Below the pieces are notes generated by a model that had not been told where the DNA came from, searched no databases, and saw only the letters and a program-made list of their open reading frames with translations. A stretch of DNA of 63,589 bases, filler included, from an uncultured Methanosarcinales archaeon (GTDB lineage: Archaea; Nanobdellota; Nanobdellia; Woesearchaeales; CAYZNE01): the NCBI GenBank assembly GCA_964405295.1. It is 5 parts of 4 records of this genome, joined end to end, with 100 filler letters (N's around TTAATTAATTAA, not from the genome) between each part and the next. Parts side by side here need not be neighbours in the genome. Positions count along the whole stretch, not along the records: positions 11,045 to 42,817 come from CAYONI010000002.1; 4 more parts are not named here. One strand, given 5' to 3'. Positions 19,817 to 29,740 of this stretch are shown in pieces. The number at the start of each line of letters is the position of its first letter. The stretch's first letter is position 1. The position numbers were made by a program, and so were the translations under genes.

Positions 19817-22552
19817 ATGGAGTTTTATCAGAAATCGACTAGCGAAGCTCTAGAGTCATTAGGTTCTTCGCTGAAAGGTTTAACAGAAAAACAAGCTAAA
19901 CTTAGATTTTCTAAATATGGTTTAAACGAACTCCAAGGTCATAAAGATAGTCGACTTATTGGTATTATTGCTGATCAATTTAAAGATTTCTTAGTTGTAT
20001 TACTAATAGTGGCTGCGCTTATTTCTTTAGTTTTGGGTCATATAATTGAAGTTGTAGTTATATCTATAATGATTATTTTGACAGTTTTATTGGGTTTTTT
20101 CCAGGAATATAAAGCTGAAAAAGCTCTTGAAAAGTTAAAAAAAAGAACTTCAAAAAAAGCTGTTGTTATAAGAAGCGGTTTTGAAGAAAAAATTGATGCT
20201 TCTGAATTAGTACCAGGAGACCTTATTGTTCTTGAAGCAGGAAGTATTATCCCTGCAGATATTAGGTTAATAGAATCTGCATCTCTTAAAATTGATGAGG
20301 CTTCTTTGACAGGTGAATCACAGCATTCTTACAAGCACACGAATATAATAAAGAAACAAATTGATATTGCTAATCAAAAAAATATGGCTTTTATGGGGAC
20401 AGTGGTTGTTTATGGTAAAGGACTTGGTGTTGTTGTAAAAACGGGTATGTCTACTGAATTTGGAAAAATTGCACATTCATTAATAGAAGTTGAAGCTGAG
20501 CCTACACCAATGAAAAAAAAACTTGCAAAGCTTGGAAAACAATTAGTCATAGCAATAGCATTAATTTGTGTTATCGTATTTATTAATATCTTAATAAAAG
20601 GAACATTAAGTTGGAATGAAACATTTATTGTTGCTTTAAGTTTAGCTATTGCTGCTGCACCAACAAGTCTTCCTGCAATTGTTACCATTGCTTTAAGCAA
20701 GGCAGTTGTTGATCTTTCTAAAAAGAATATGCTTGTCAAAAAACTTCCAGCTGCAGAAGGCCTTGGTTCTGTAACTTTTATTTGTACAGATAAAACAGGT
20801 ACTTTAACAAAGAATGAAATGAGTGTTAGAAAAGTTTTTGCTAATAATAATTTATACGATGTTGAAGGTGTTGGGTATTCTATTAAAGGCAGAGTTTCAT
20901 GTAATAATGAAATAACTGGCATGAAAGAAATTAAAAAGTTGTTAGATGTTGCAATTTTATGTAATGATTCTGAGTTAGTTATTAAATCTCCAAATGCGGT
21001 TTCTGATCCTATTGATATTAATAAGGAAATATTGGAAGGTAGATATGATATTATTGGTGACCCAACTGAAGTTTCATTGATTATTTTAGCAAAAAAAATG
21101 GGTCTTGATAAAAAAGATGTTTTTGAAGATTATGAAATATTACAAGAGTTACCTTTTGATTCTGATAGAAAACTAATGTCTGTAATAACTAAAACAACTA
21201 AAGGAAAATATGAATCTTTAACAAAAGGTGCACCAATATATATTATAGATAAGTGTAATAAAATACTTGTTAATGGAAAAATTAAACCTTTTACTTTATC
21301 TAAAAAAAAGAGTGTTAAGAAGACTCTTTGTAAAATGGAAGAATCTGCATTAAGAGTTCTTGGAATTTCTTATAAATCTTTGAAAAAAAGATCTAATTAC
21401 AAAATTAATATGATTGAAAAAGATATGATTTTTATTGGGCTTGTTGGAATGATTGATCCCCCAAGAGAATCTGTTGCTGACTCAATTGCCCTGTGTAGAA
21501 AAGCAGGAATTGATGTTATGATGATTACAGGAGACAGCCCTTTAACTGCAATCTCTATTGGTAAGCAAATAGGATTACTAAGAAAAGGTGAGTTAGTTGT
21601 TACAGGTTCTGAACTTGATGAGATGAATGATCATGAATTAACTGAAAAAATATCAAAAATAAGGATATGTGCAAGATTTCAGCCAATACAAAAGTTAAGA
21701 ATCGTTGATATATTACAAAAGCAAGGACATATTGTCGCAATGACTGGAGATGGGATAAATGATTCTCCTGCATTAAAAAAGTCTGATTTGGGAATAGCAA
21801 TGGGTATAACTGGAACAGATGTTGCAAAAGAAGTTTCTGAAATGACTCTTGAAGATGATAATTTTTCAACAATTGTATCTGCAATTGATGAAGGAAGAAA
21901 TATATATGATAAAATACTTAAATCTATTAAATACTTATTAATTTGTAATGCAGGGGAAATTTTTACTATTTTTGTTGCGTTAATGCTTAATTTTCCAATT
22001 CCTTTATTGCCATTACAAATTCTACTAATGAAGTTGTTAACTGATGGGTTACCTGCATTAGCCTTAAGTGCTGATCCGAATGATTCTGAGGTTATGAATC
22101 GTCCACCAAGGTCTCCTACAGAAAAACCGATAACTTCAGGCATATTGTGGCTTGTGTTAGTATTTGGTGGGCTTATGGCAGGAGGAACAATCTTTTTGTT
22201 TAATTATTTTTATCAAACTACTTCAGATCTTGCTTTAGCTCGAACAATTGCATTTACATCATTAGTTATGTTTGAAATGTTTGCAGTTTTAAGTTCTAAA
22301 ACATTGTACAAATCTGTAATATCAAAAGGATTCTTTAGTAATAAATATTTACATTTTTCAATAATTCTTTCTATAGCTCTACAAGCGTTAGTTATTTATG
22401 TTCCATTCTTACAATCAATATTTGGGACTGTAGCAATAAGTTTGACGCATTGGGGTTATATTGTTGGTGCAGCATTTATTGGGTTTATAGTGATGGAATT
22501 AAGTAAACTTTTCATTAAATATGAGAAAAGGAATCCTGTTAATTCAGATTAA
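19817..22552 (+). CDS. Cation-transporting P-type ATPase (type IIA-like)
   Basis: TGES, DKTGTLT, GDGIND; M4 reads AAAPTSLP rather than canonical PEGL. Confidence 0.9.
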   Translation: MEFYQKSTSEALESLGSSLKGLTEKQAKLRFSKYGLNELQGHKDSRLIGIIADQFKDFLVVLLIVAALISLVLGHIIEVVVISIMIILTVLLGFFQEYKAEKALEKLKKRTSKKAVVIRSGFEEKIDASELVPGDLIVLEAGSIIPADIRLIESASLKIDEASLTGESQHSYKHTNIIKKQIDIANQKNMAFMGTVVVYGKGLGVVVKTGMSTEFGKIAHSLIEVEAEPTPMKKKLAKLGKQLVIAIALICVIVFINILIKGTLSWNETFIVALSLAIAAAPTSLPAIVTIALSKAVVDLSKKNMLVKKLPAAEGLGSVTFICTDKTGTLTKNEMSVRKVFANNNLYDVEGVGYSIKGRVSCNNEITGMKEIKKLLDVAILCNDSELVIKSPNAVSDPIDINKEILEGRYDIIGDPTEVSLIILAKKMGLDKKDVFEDYEILQELPFDSDRKLMSVITKTTKGKYESLTKGAPIYIIDKCNKILVNGKIKPFTLSKKKSVKKTLCKMEESALRVLGISYKSLKKRSNYKINMIEKDMIFIGLVGMIDPPRESVADSIALCRKAGIDVMMITGDSPLTAISIGKQIGLLRKGELVVTGSELDEMNDHELTEKISKIRICARFQPIQKLRIVDILQKQGHIVAMTGDGINDSPALKKSDLGIAMGITGTDVAKEVSEMTLEDDNFSTIVSAIDEGRNIYDKILKSIKYLLICNAGEIFTIFVALMLNFPIPLLPLQILLMKLLTDGLPALALSADPNDSEVMNRPPRSPTEKPITSGILWLVLVFGGLMAGGTIFLFNYFYQTTSDLALARTIAFTSLVMFEMFAVLSSKTLYKSVISKGFFSNKYLHFSIILSIALQALVIYVPFLQSIFGTVAISLTHWGYIVGAAFIGFIVMELSKLFIKYEKRNPVNSD

Positions 22553-22648
22553 CATTGTTTATTATATTAGTTTTTCAAATATTTTGTTTTTATCTTAAAA
22601 TCAAAACTTTTATTAATAAACCTGGTTACGTTAAGTTTAGGTGTAGGT

Positions 22649-23353
22649 TTGATGAATAAACATAAGAAAAAAGAGATTCTTAATTTAAGAGTGCAAAATC
22701 TTCAGAAAACTTGGTATGGTAAAGTAGTATATTTTTTATGGTACGAAGATTCTATTTTAAGTTGGGTTGCAAATATAGTTGTTGCATTTATTTTTATAAA
22801 ATTTATATTTTATCCATTGCTTGCTTTGGTTTTTGCAACAAAACTTCCTGTTGTTGCAGTTGTTTCTTGTTCAATGGAGCATAGATTTACTAATTGTGGT
22901 GAAGAAAGATTGATGGATAATCTTTGTGGTGTTCCTGGGAGTGGTAGTGTTGATCATGAAAGCTTTTGGCAGTTCTGTGGTGATTTTTATGATGACAAAA
23001 ACATAACAAAAGACCAATTTGAAACTTTTCCGCTCAGTTCAGGGTTTAATAAAGGGGATATAATCTTTCTTAGAGGCATAAGCATAGAAAATCTCAAGAT
23101 TGGTGATACAATTGTTTTTAGTGCAAATCAAAAAGCTTATCCTATAATTCATAGAGTAGTATGCATAGATTATATAAATAATGAGTATCTTGTTCAAACT
23201 AAAGGGGATCATAACAAAGCACAAATTAGTGATGTTTACTTGAATGAGCTTGAAATAAAAGAAAGCCAAATTCTTGGTAAAGCAACATTAAGAGTCCCTT
23301 TTTTAGGGTATATTAAGATATGGTTTACTGATTTAATTAATATTTTTAGGTAG
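22649..23353 (+). CDS. Signal peptidase I (Sec11-type)
   Basis: VVSCSMEH, GDII, IIHRV, TKGDHN. Confidence 0.85.
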   Translation: MMNKHKKKEILNLRVQNLQKTWYGKVVYFLWYEDSILSWVANIVVAFIFIKFIFYPLLALVFATKLPVVAVVSCSMEHRFTNCGEERLMDNLCGVPGSGSVDHESFWQFCGDFYDDKNITKDQFETFPLSSGFNKGDIIFLRGISIENLKIGDTIVFSANQKAYPIIHRVVCIDYINNEYLVQTKGDHNKAQISDVYLNELEIKESQILGKATLRVPFLGYIKIWFTDLINIFR

Positions 23354-23357
23354 AATT

Positions 23358-24281
23358 ATGAAAAAAACAAATTGGGAAAATATGTCTTACGGCGGACAAG
23401 CAGTAATGGACGGAGTTATGATTAAATCAAAGAATTTTATCTCTGTTTCTGTTAGAAATGAAAAAAACAAGATAGTAAATGAAACTTATACTTTTAATAA
23501 CTTTCTTACTAAACATAAGTTTTGGAAAACTCCTTTTATAAGAGGTATAGCCAATATGGCTGAAATGCTTTCTGTTGGCATGAACTCTTTAACAAAAAGT
23601 GTTAATATGCATTTAGAAGAGGAAGAAGAAAAGTTATCCCCATTACACATGTTTTTCACGATACTTGTGAGTGTAGGTTTGGCTTTGGTTTTGTTTAAAT
23701 TACTTCCTTTGACAGCTGCAAGTTTTATAACAAAACTTTTCGGTTTAACCTCAGGGATTTTGTTTAATTTAATAGATGCAGTTGTTAAGGTTTTAATATT
23801 AATTATTTATATATTAATAATTTCTTTGTTCAGTGACATAAGAAATTTATTTATGTATCATGGTGCAGAACATAGATCGGTTCATTGTTGGGAAAAATAT
23901 AAGGATTTTAAAAAAGTAACTGTTGCAAATACACAGAAGTTTAAGTCATTACATCCGCGGTGTGGAACTTCATTTTTATTGTTTGTAGTTTTTGTTAGTT
24001 TAATTGTATATTTGCTTATCCCTATGCAAACATACTTTTGGATGAATTATTTATACAGATTGTTATTACTTCCATTAATAATTGGTTTATCATACGAATT
24101 TTTGAAGTTAACTGCAAAATATGAGCATGCTTTTATAATGAAAATTTTAATGCAGCCAGGATTACTAATGCAAAAACTTACTACAAGCAATCCAACTGAT
24201 GCACAAGTTGAGGTCGCAATTCATTCTATAAAGAATGCAATCAAGGCTCAGAAGAAGTTCGAAGAGAAAAATAGTGCTTAA
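23358..24281 (+). CDS. DUF1385 family membrane protein
   Basis: GGQAVMDGVM, YHGAEH, HPRCGTSF. Confidence 0.85.
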   Translation: MKKTNWENMSYGGQAVMDGVMIKSKNFISVSVRNEKNKIVNETYTFNNFLTKHKFWKTPFIRGIANMAEMLSVGMNSLTKSVNMHLEEEEEKLSPLHMFFTILVSVGLALVLFKLLPLTAASFITKLFGLTSGILFNLIDAVVKVLILIIYILIISLFSDIRNLFMYHGAEHRSVHCWEKYKDFKKVTVANTQKFKSLHPRCGTSFLLFVVFVSLIVYLLIPMQTYFWMNYLYRLLLLPLIIGLSYEFLKLTAKYEHAFIMKILMQPGLLMQKLTTSNPTDAQVEVAIHSIKNAIKAQKKFEEKNSA

Positions 24282-24412
24282 TTCAAAAATCTTATATGTG
24301 TTTATTGTGAATTTGAGTATATTATACTAATTTTAGAAAATAAAGGTGATAAAAAAAATGTGGATAAAAATTAATAAATTTTTAGCATATTATAATTTGG
24401 AGGAAAATTAGA

Positions 24413-24685
24413 ATGGATAAAAATAATAATATGATTTTGATTGCGATTGTTGCAATAGTTGCGATTGTAGGAATGGTTGTTATGCTAGTTCCAAAAAATA
24501 CTAGTGATGCTAATATAAGTGGTAATGCTTTTGAAAGCAAAGCTGTTTCTGTTGCAGATTATCCTGAAAGTATGCAGAAAGACCTAAATGATTGTTTTGC
24601 TTGCAGAGGCTGTCCCAGCCCACGTTGTGATGATTGTGAACAATGTCCTGGTTTGAGTGATAACAATCCAGAAATCATTACTTAA
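24413..24685 (+). CDS. Small secreted/anchored Cys-rich protein, paralog A
   Basis: GGAGG RBS; MDKNNNMILIAIVAIVAIVG leader; CFACRGC...CDDCEQC tail. Confidence 0.7.
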   Translation: MDKNNNMILIAIVAIVAIVGMVVMLVPKNTSDANISGNAFESKAVSVADYPESMQKDLNDCFACRGCPSPRCDDCEQCPGLSDNNPEIIT

Positions 24686-24787
24686 TTTTTAATAAGTCAC
24701 AGTTACTAAGAATTCAAAAACTTTATATATGCTTATTGTAAATTTGAGTATATTATACTAATTTTAGAAAATAAAGGTGATAAAAAA

Positions 24788-25212
24788 ATGGATAAAAATA
24801 ATAATATGATTTTGATTGCTATTGTTGCAATAGTTGCAATTGTNNNNNNNNNNNNNNNNNNNNNNNNNNNNNNNNNNNNNNNNNNNNNNNNNNNNNNNNN
24901 NNNNNNNNNNNNNNNNNNNNNNNNNNNNNNNNNNNNNNNNNNNTGGATAAAAATAATAATATGATTTTGATTGCTATTGTTGCAATAGTTGCAATTGTAG
25001 GAATTGTTGTTGCATTTGCCGGAGGTAAAGCAGCACCTGTTAATGATGCAGTAAATACTGGTGGATTGGCTGTTAGTCGAGGTAATTTAGAAGATACAGC
25101 TACTACAACAGTTATTCTGGATGGTTATCTTGATTGTCGTAGTCCTAATGTTTGGGTTAGGCCCCCTGGTAAGTGTATAACAAAAGAAGAATTAGCAACA
25201 CTTATCAAATAA
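24788..25212 (+). CDS. Small secreted protein, paralog B (interrupted by scaffold gap; may hide further copies)
   Basis: Same MDKNNNMILIAIVAIVAIV leader read on both sides of the gap; unrelated C-terminus. Confidence 0.65.
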
Positions 25213-25223
25213 TTTTTATTTTT

Positions 25224-25574
25224 TTATTTTATTTTTATTTCTAATAATAATTTAACTTCTGGATTAAAATAATTCATATCTATTGAAATTTCAAAGTTTC
25301 CTTTGCTGTAAATCTCAATTTCTTCATATTTCTTCATAAACTTATAAAAATCTAAACCATTCAATATTAATGGTTCTATTAGAGAAGGCATTTCATAATT
25401 ATTAATTATGTCCATAAGTTTTTTTTGCTGTTTAAAATTATGATTTAGATTAAATGTTTGCAAATCAAATTGATTCTTCTGTTTAGGATTTGTTCTAGGT
25501 TGTAGAGAATCAGTTGCATAAACTTGAGAAAGTGAATAGAGTGCAATTGCTGCTATAAGAAGAAGTTTCTTCAT
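25224..25574 (-). CDS. Hypothetical secreted protein
   Basis: MKKLLLIAAIALYSLSQVYA signal peptide; abuts argS stop. Confidence 0.55.
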   Translation of the reverse strand: MKKLLLIAAIALYSLSQVYATDSLQPRTNPKQKNQFDLQTFNLNHNFKQQKKLMDIINNYEMPSLIEPLILNGLDFYKFMKKYEEIEIYSKGNFEISIDMNYFNPEVKLLLEIKIK

Positions 25575-25576
25575 TT

Positions 25577-27268
25577 CTACATCTCTTCAACAACTTCAAT
25601 ACCTAATAATTCAAGCCCATTCTCAATTACTTGTGCAATTGCTTCAATTAAGTAAAGTCTTGCGTTCTCTAAGTCTTTGTTATCTTGAATTATTTTTGTT
25701 TTAGAATAATAGTTATTAAATTCTTGGCTTAACTCAAGAATGTATCTTGTTAACAAAGAAATTTTATATTTTTCTGAGATTTCTTTGATAATTTTAGGGT
25801 ATTCTGACAATTTACTAACAAGTTTCTTTTCTTGGTCATTTGTTAATAACTCAGTTTTGTCTTTTGGTTTTGTCTCAGATTTTTTTAGTATACTTTGAAT
25901 TCTTGCGTATACATATTGACAATAGGGGCCTGTTTCTCCATCAAAACTTAAAGATTCTTTTGGATTGTAAACAAAATTCTTTTTAGGATCATATTTTAAT
26001 AAATAGAATATTATTGCGGACATAGCAATCTTTCTTGCTCTATCTTCTAAATTTTTATCTTCTAGTTGTGTATGTCTTTTCTTGATTTCTTCTCTAGCTA
26101 AAATTATAACTTCTTCAACAAGATTATCTCCATCAACAATTGTTCCTTCTCTGGATTTCATTTTTCCTGTTGGTAACTCAATCATTCCATAAGAATAATG
26201 GTAGCACCCATCAGCAAATTCAAAACCTAACATTTTTAGAACTTTGAATAAAACTTGGAAATGATATTCTTGCTCATTACCAACAACATAAATTGATTTA
26301 TCATATTTGAAATCTTTAAATTTTCTTTGTGCAAGATGAATATCTTGAGTCATATAAACTGTTGTTCCATCTCCTCTTAGAAGAACTTTTTTATCAAGAC
26401 CTTGATCTGTTAAATCAGTAATTACTGCACCTGTCTCGTCTTTCTGGAATAACCCTTTTTTTAGTCCTTCAATAATAATGTCTTTTCCGTGTTTGTAAGT
26501 TTCACTTTCAAAATATTCTTTATCAAAATGCATATTAAATGTTTTGTATGTTTCTTTGAATCCATCAAATGCCCATTTATTCATTTTTTTCCATAAGTGA
26601 ATAATTTCTTTATCGTCTGCTTCCCATTTTTGAAGCATTTCTTGTGCTTCTTTTTCAAGTTCAGGATTTTCTTTTAATTTTTGAGCAAACATAACATAGT
26701 ATTTTGCAATAAAATGATCTGATTTCATATTTGATTTTTCAGGAGAATCATCTTTTCCCCATTTTTGATATGCAATCATAGATTTACAAATATGGATTCC
26801 CCTATCATTATTGAGGTTGATTTGTTTTGCAGTATAACCTGTTGCATTCATTATATTAAATAAAGATTTGCAAATTGCCATGTTTCTCACATGTCCAAAG
26901 TGCAGGGGTTTGTTTGTGTTGGGTGATGGCCCTTCAATAAGAACAACTTTATGATTTTTAGATTTTAATCCGTATTTTTCTTTTTGTTTATGAATTATTT
27001 TGAGTGTGTCCATGATTAATTCTGTTTTTAGAAAGAAATTTATGTAAGGGCCAATTGCTTTGACATCACTAAAACCTGATTTATCTATTTTGTTTGCAAT
27101 ATCTTTTGCAATTTCAACAGGGTTTTTCTTTAACTCTTTTGCAAAACTAAAACACGGAACGGCATAGTCTCCCATTTCTGCTTTAGGTGGTTTTTCAATT
27201 AGAGAAATGTCTATGTTAATGCCTGCTTTTTTTAGTTCATCAATAATTTTTGTGTTTATCTCTTCCAT
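25577..27268 (-). CDS. argS: Arginine--tRNA ligase
   Basis: SPNTNKPLHFGH, KMKSREG, DGETGPYCQY; start reset to MEEINT (27268). Confidence 0.95.
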   Translation of the reverse strand: MEEINTKIIDELKKAGINIDISLIEKPPKAEMGDYAVPCFSFAKELKKNPVEIAKDIANKIDKSGFSDVKAIGPYINFFLKTELIMDTLKIIHKQKEKYGLKSKNHKVVLIEGPSPNTNKPLHFGHVRNMAICKSLFNIMNATGYTAKQINLNNDRGIHICKSMIAYQKWGKDDSPEKSNMKSDHFIAKYYVMFAQKLKENPELEKEAQEMLQKWEADDKEIIHLWKKMNKWAFDGFKETYKTFNMHFDKEYFESETYKHGKDIIIEGLKKGLFQKDETGAVITDLTDQGLDKKVLLRGDGTTVYMTQDIHLAQRKFKDFKYDKSIYVVGNEQEYHFQVLFKVLKMLGFEFADGCYHYSYGMIELPTGKMKSREGTIVDGDNLVEEVIILAREEIKKRHTQLEDKNLEDRARKIAMSAIIFYLLKYDPKKNFVYNPKESLSFDGETGPYCQYVYARIQSILKKSETKPKDKTELLTNDQEKKLVSKLSEYPKIIKEISEKYKISLLTRYILELSQEFNNYYSKTKIIQDNKDLENARLYLIEAIAQVIENGLELLGIEVVEEM

Positions 27269-27395
27269 GTCACTCTTTAAACCTTGCTTTCTTTTAAAGT
27301 TTTCTAAGAAATTCCGCACAAAATATATAAACCAGCACATGCTGCGTATAATAAAGAGAGAATAGGCATGTATGTTTGTTCTCAGAGGCGAAAAA

Positions 27396-29303
27396 ATGAG
27401 TGTAATAAATGTAACTTTTCCTGATGGAAATGAAGAAGAATTTGAAAAAGGCGTAAGTGGGTATGATGTAGCTAAGTTTATTAGTGAAGGTCTTGCAAAT
27501 AATGCTTTAGCTATAAAGGTAGACGGAGTTCTACAAGATTTAGGCACAATCCTAACTGAGCATTGCCAGATTCAAATAATTACATTCAAAGATAAAGAAG
27601 GTAAAGATATTCTTAGACATAGTGCTGCGCATGTAATGGCTTGTGCAGTTAAAAGACTTTATCCTGATGTTAAAGTTGCAATCGGCCCTTCAATAGAAAA
27701 TGGTTTTTATTATGACTTTGATAATGTAAAAATTTCAAGTGAAGATTTTGCTAAGATTGAAGTTGAAATGAAAAAAATAATTAAGGAAAAACTTCAATAC
27801 ACAAAAAAAGTTGTTAAAAGAGAAGAGGTATTGGCTATATTCAAAAATGAACCATATAAACTTGAATTAATTAATGAGTTGGGTGCAGCAGAAACTATTT
27901 CAACTTATACACTAGGTGAATTTGTTGATTTATGTAGAGGGCCACATATTCCTCACACTGGAAAAGTTAAAGCTTTCAAATTAATGAAAGTTGCAGGTGC
28001 ATATTGGAGAGGAGATTCTAGTAATAAAATGCTTACAAGAATTTATGGAACTGCATTTTATGATAAAAAAGATCTTAAAGAATATTTAACTCTACTTGAA
28101 GAAGCAGAAAAAAGAGATCATCGAAAAATAGGTAAAGAAATGGATCTTTTTTCATTTCATGAAGAAGGACCTGGTTTCCCTTTCTGGCATAATAATGGCT
28201 TAATTCTTAAAGGTGAATTAATGAAGTTTTGGAGAGAGTTACATTCTGAAGATTATGATGAAATTACAACTCCAATTATTCTTAGTAGAAAACTTTGGGA
28301 AACTTCTGGCCACTGGGATAATTATAAAGAAGCAATGTATTTTACACAAATCGATAAAGATGATTATGCGATAAAGCCAATGAATTGTCCAGGAGGAATT
28401 CTTATTTATAAGAATAATCTTCACTCTTACAAAGAGTTTCCCTTAAGGATTGCAGAGCTTGGTCTTTGTCATAGGCACGAAATGACTGGGGTATTGCATG
28501 GTCTTTTTAGGGTAAGAATGTTTACTCAAGATGATGCGCATATTTATTGTTTACCTGATCAGTTGCAAGATGAATTAGTTAAAGTTCTCGAGTTAGCATT
28601 TGATGTATACAAGCCATTTGGGTTTAAAGGGTTACACATTGAGTTGTCAACTAGGCCTAATAAGAAGTTTATTGGAAAAATTGAAGACTGGGACCTTGCA
28701 GAAGCTGCACTAAAAGCTGCTCTTGAGAAAAAAGGAATTGATTATCAATTAAATGTTGGTGACGGTGCATTTTATGGACCAAAGATTGATTTTCATATTA
28801 AAGATTCTATGAATAGAACTTGGCAGTGTGGAACTATCCAGCTTGATTTTAATCTTCCTGAAAGATTTGATTTGCGTTTCATGGGTGAAGATGGAAATAT
28901 GGATCATCGACCAATAATGATTCATAGAGCAATTTTCGGTTCATTAGAAAGATTTATTGGAATTCTTATCGAGCATTATGCAGGAAAATTGCCCTTATGG
29001 TTAAATCCTGTTCAGGTGATTATTGTTCCTGTAAATGATACTGTCAAAGTGTATTCTGAAAAAATAAATTCTCAATTACATGGATCAAGCATAAGGTCAA
29101 AAGTTGATTTAAGTGATGACTCGTTAAATAAGAAGATTCGGAATGCAGAGTTAAAGAATATTAATTATATCTTGGTTGTTGGTAATAAAGAAGAGAAGAA
29201 CAAGACAATTAATGTTCGAACAAGAGACAATGTTGTTCATGGTGAAGAAAAAGTTGATAAGCTTATTTCTGATTTAACGCAAGAGATTAAAGATAGAAAG
29301 TAG
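27396..29303 (+). CDS. thrS: Threonine--tRNA ligase (TGS-domain, bacterial-type architecture)
   Basis: RHSAAH, DLCRGPH, KPMNCP, FTQDDAH, FYGPKID; start MSVINV after GAGGCG. Confidence 0.95.
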   Translation: MSVINVTFPDGNEEEFEKGVSGYDVAKFISEGLANNALAIKVDGVLQDLGTILTEHCQIQIITFKDKEGKDILRHSAAHVMACAVKRLYPDVKVAIGPSIENGFYYDFDNVKISSEDFAKIEVEMKKIIKEKLQYTKKVVKREEVLAIFKNEPYKLELINELGAAETISTYTLGEFVDLCRGPHIPHTGKVKAFKLMKVAGAYWRGDSSNKMLTRIYGTAFYDKKDLKEYLTLLEEAEKRDHRKIGKEMDLFSFHEEGPGFPFWHNNGLILKGELMKFWRELHSEDYDEITTPIILSRKLWETSGHWDNYKEAMYFTQIDKDDYAIKPMNCPGGILIYKNNLHSYKEFPLRIAELGLCHRHEMTGVLHGLFRVRMFTQDDAHIYCLPDQLQDELVKVLELAFDVYKPFGFKGLHIELSTRPNKKFIGKIEDWDLAEAALKAALEKKGIDYQLNVGDGAFYGPKIDFHIKDSMNRTWQCGTIQLDFNLPERFDLRFMGEDGNMDHRPIMIHRAIFGSLERFIGILIEHYAGKLPLWLNPVQVIIVPVNDTVKVYSEKINSQLHGSSIRSKVDLSDDSLNKKIRNAELKNINYILVVGNKEEKNKTINVRTRDNVVHGEEKVDKLISDLTQEIKDRK

Positions 29304-29304
29304 T

Positions 29305-29400
29305 TTCCGATTTTCGGTGCCAATAAACACAATAATAAAGCATTATTGGTTATTCAAGAAAGTTGAATAAAATATTGTGTTTATTGAGCATTTTATTTTT
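29305..29400 (+). repeat. 3'-UTR structured repeat, copy 2 (long branched core)
   Basis: ttccga-ttt-tcgg TGCCAATAAacacaata ... tattgtgtTTATTGAGCA tttt. Confidence 0.8.
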
Positions 29401-29456
29401 TATGTTTTTTAAAATTAGATAGCTGTGTCTATTAGAAATATTGGTAACTGTTAAAG

Positions 29457-29618
29457 TTATTCTTCTTCAGATTTGCCTTCGAAAGATTCTTCTTCGTCTT
29501 TCTCGTAACCTTGCATGAATGCTGCTTCATTAGCGTCGATTTCGTCGTTTTCTATTTTTTCTTCGACTGTCGTTTCATATTCTGCAGGTTCATCTGTCTT
29601 ATATTCTTCTGATCCCAT
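29457..29618 (-). CDS. Small acidic protein (53 aa), absent from ORF track
   Basis: AGGAG RBS; MGSEEYKTDEPAEYETTVEEKIENDEIDANEAAFMQGYEKDEEESFEGKSEEE. Confidence 0.65.
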   Translation of the reverse strand: MGSEEYKTDEPAEYETTVEEKIENDEIDANEAAFMQGYEKDEEESFEGKSEEE

Positions 29619-29740
29619 ATTTCTCCTATTTTATTATCTATTTTAATACTTTGTGATTTATTATAGTTATAATGGCTAAAAATCAATTAAAGTTTATAGA
29701 CTTTTGTGTTTTATTTATAAACAACTTGAATATTTAGATT

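Noticed and set aside
20410..22143. Antisense ORFs inside the P-type ATPase and similar short ORFs elsewhere
   Set aside because: Shadow frames of well-supported genes with no RBS or motifs
27269..27547. Long argS N-terminal extension overlapping thrS
   Set aside because: ORF-caller over-extension; ArgS similarity starts at MEEINT. The same applies to the gatE, KaiC-like and rplP0 extensions
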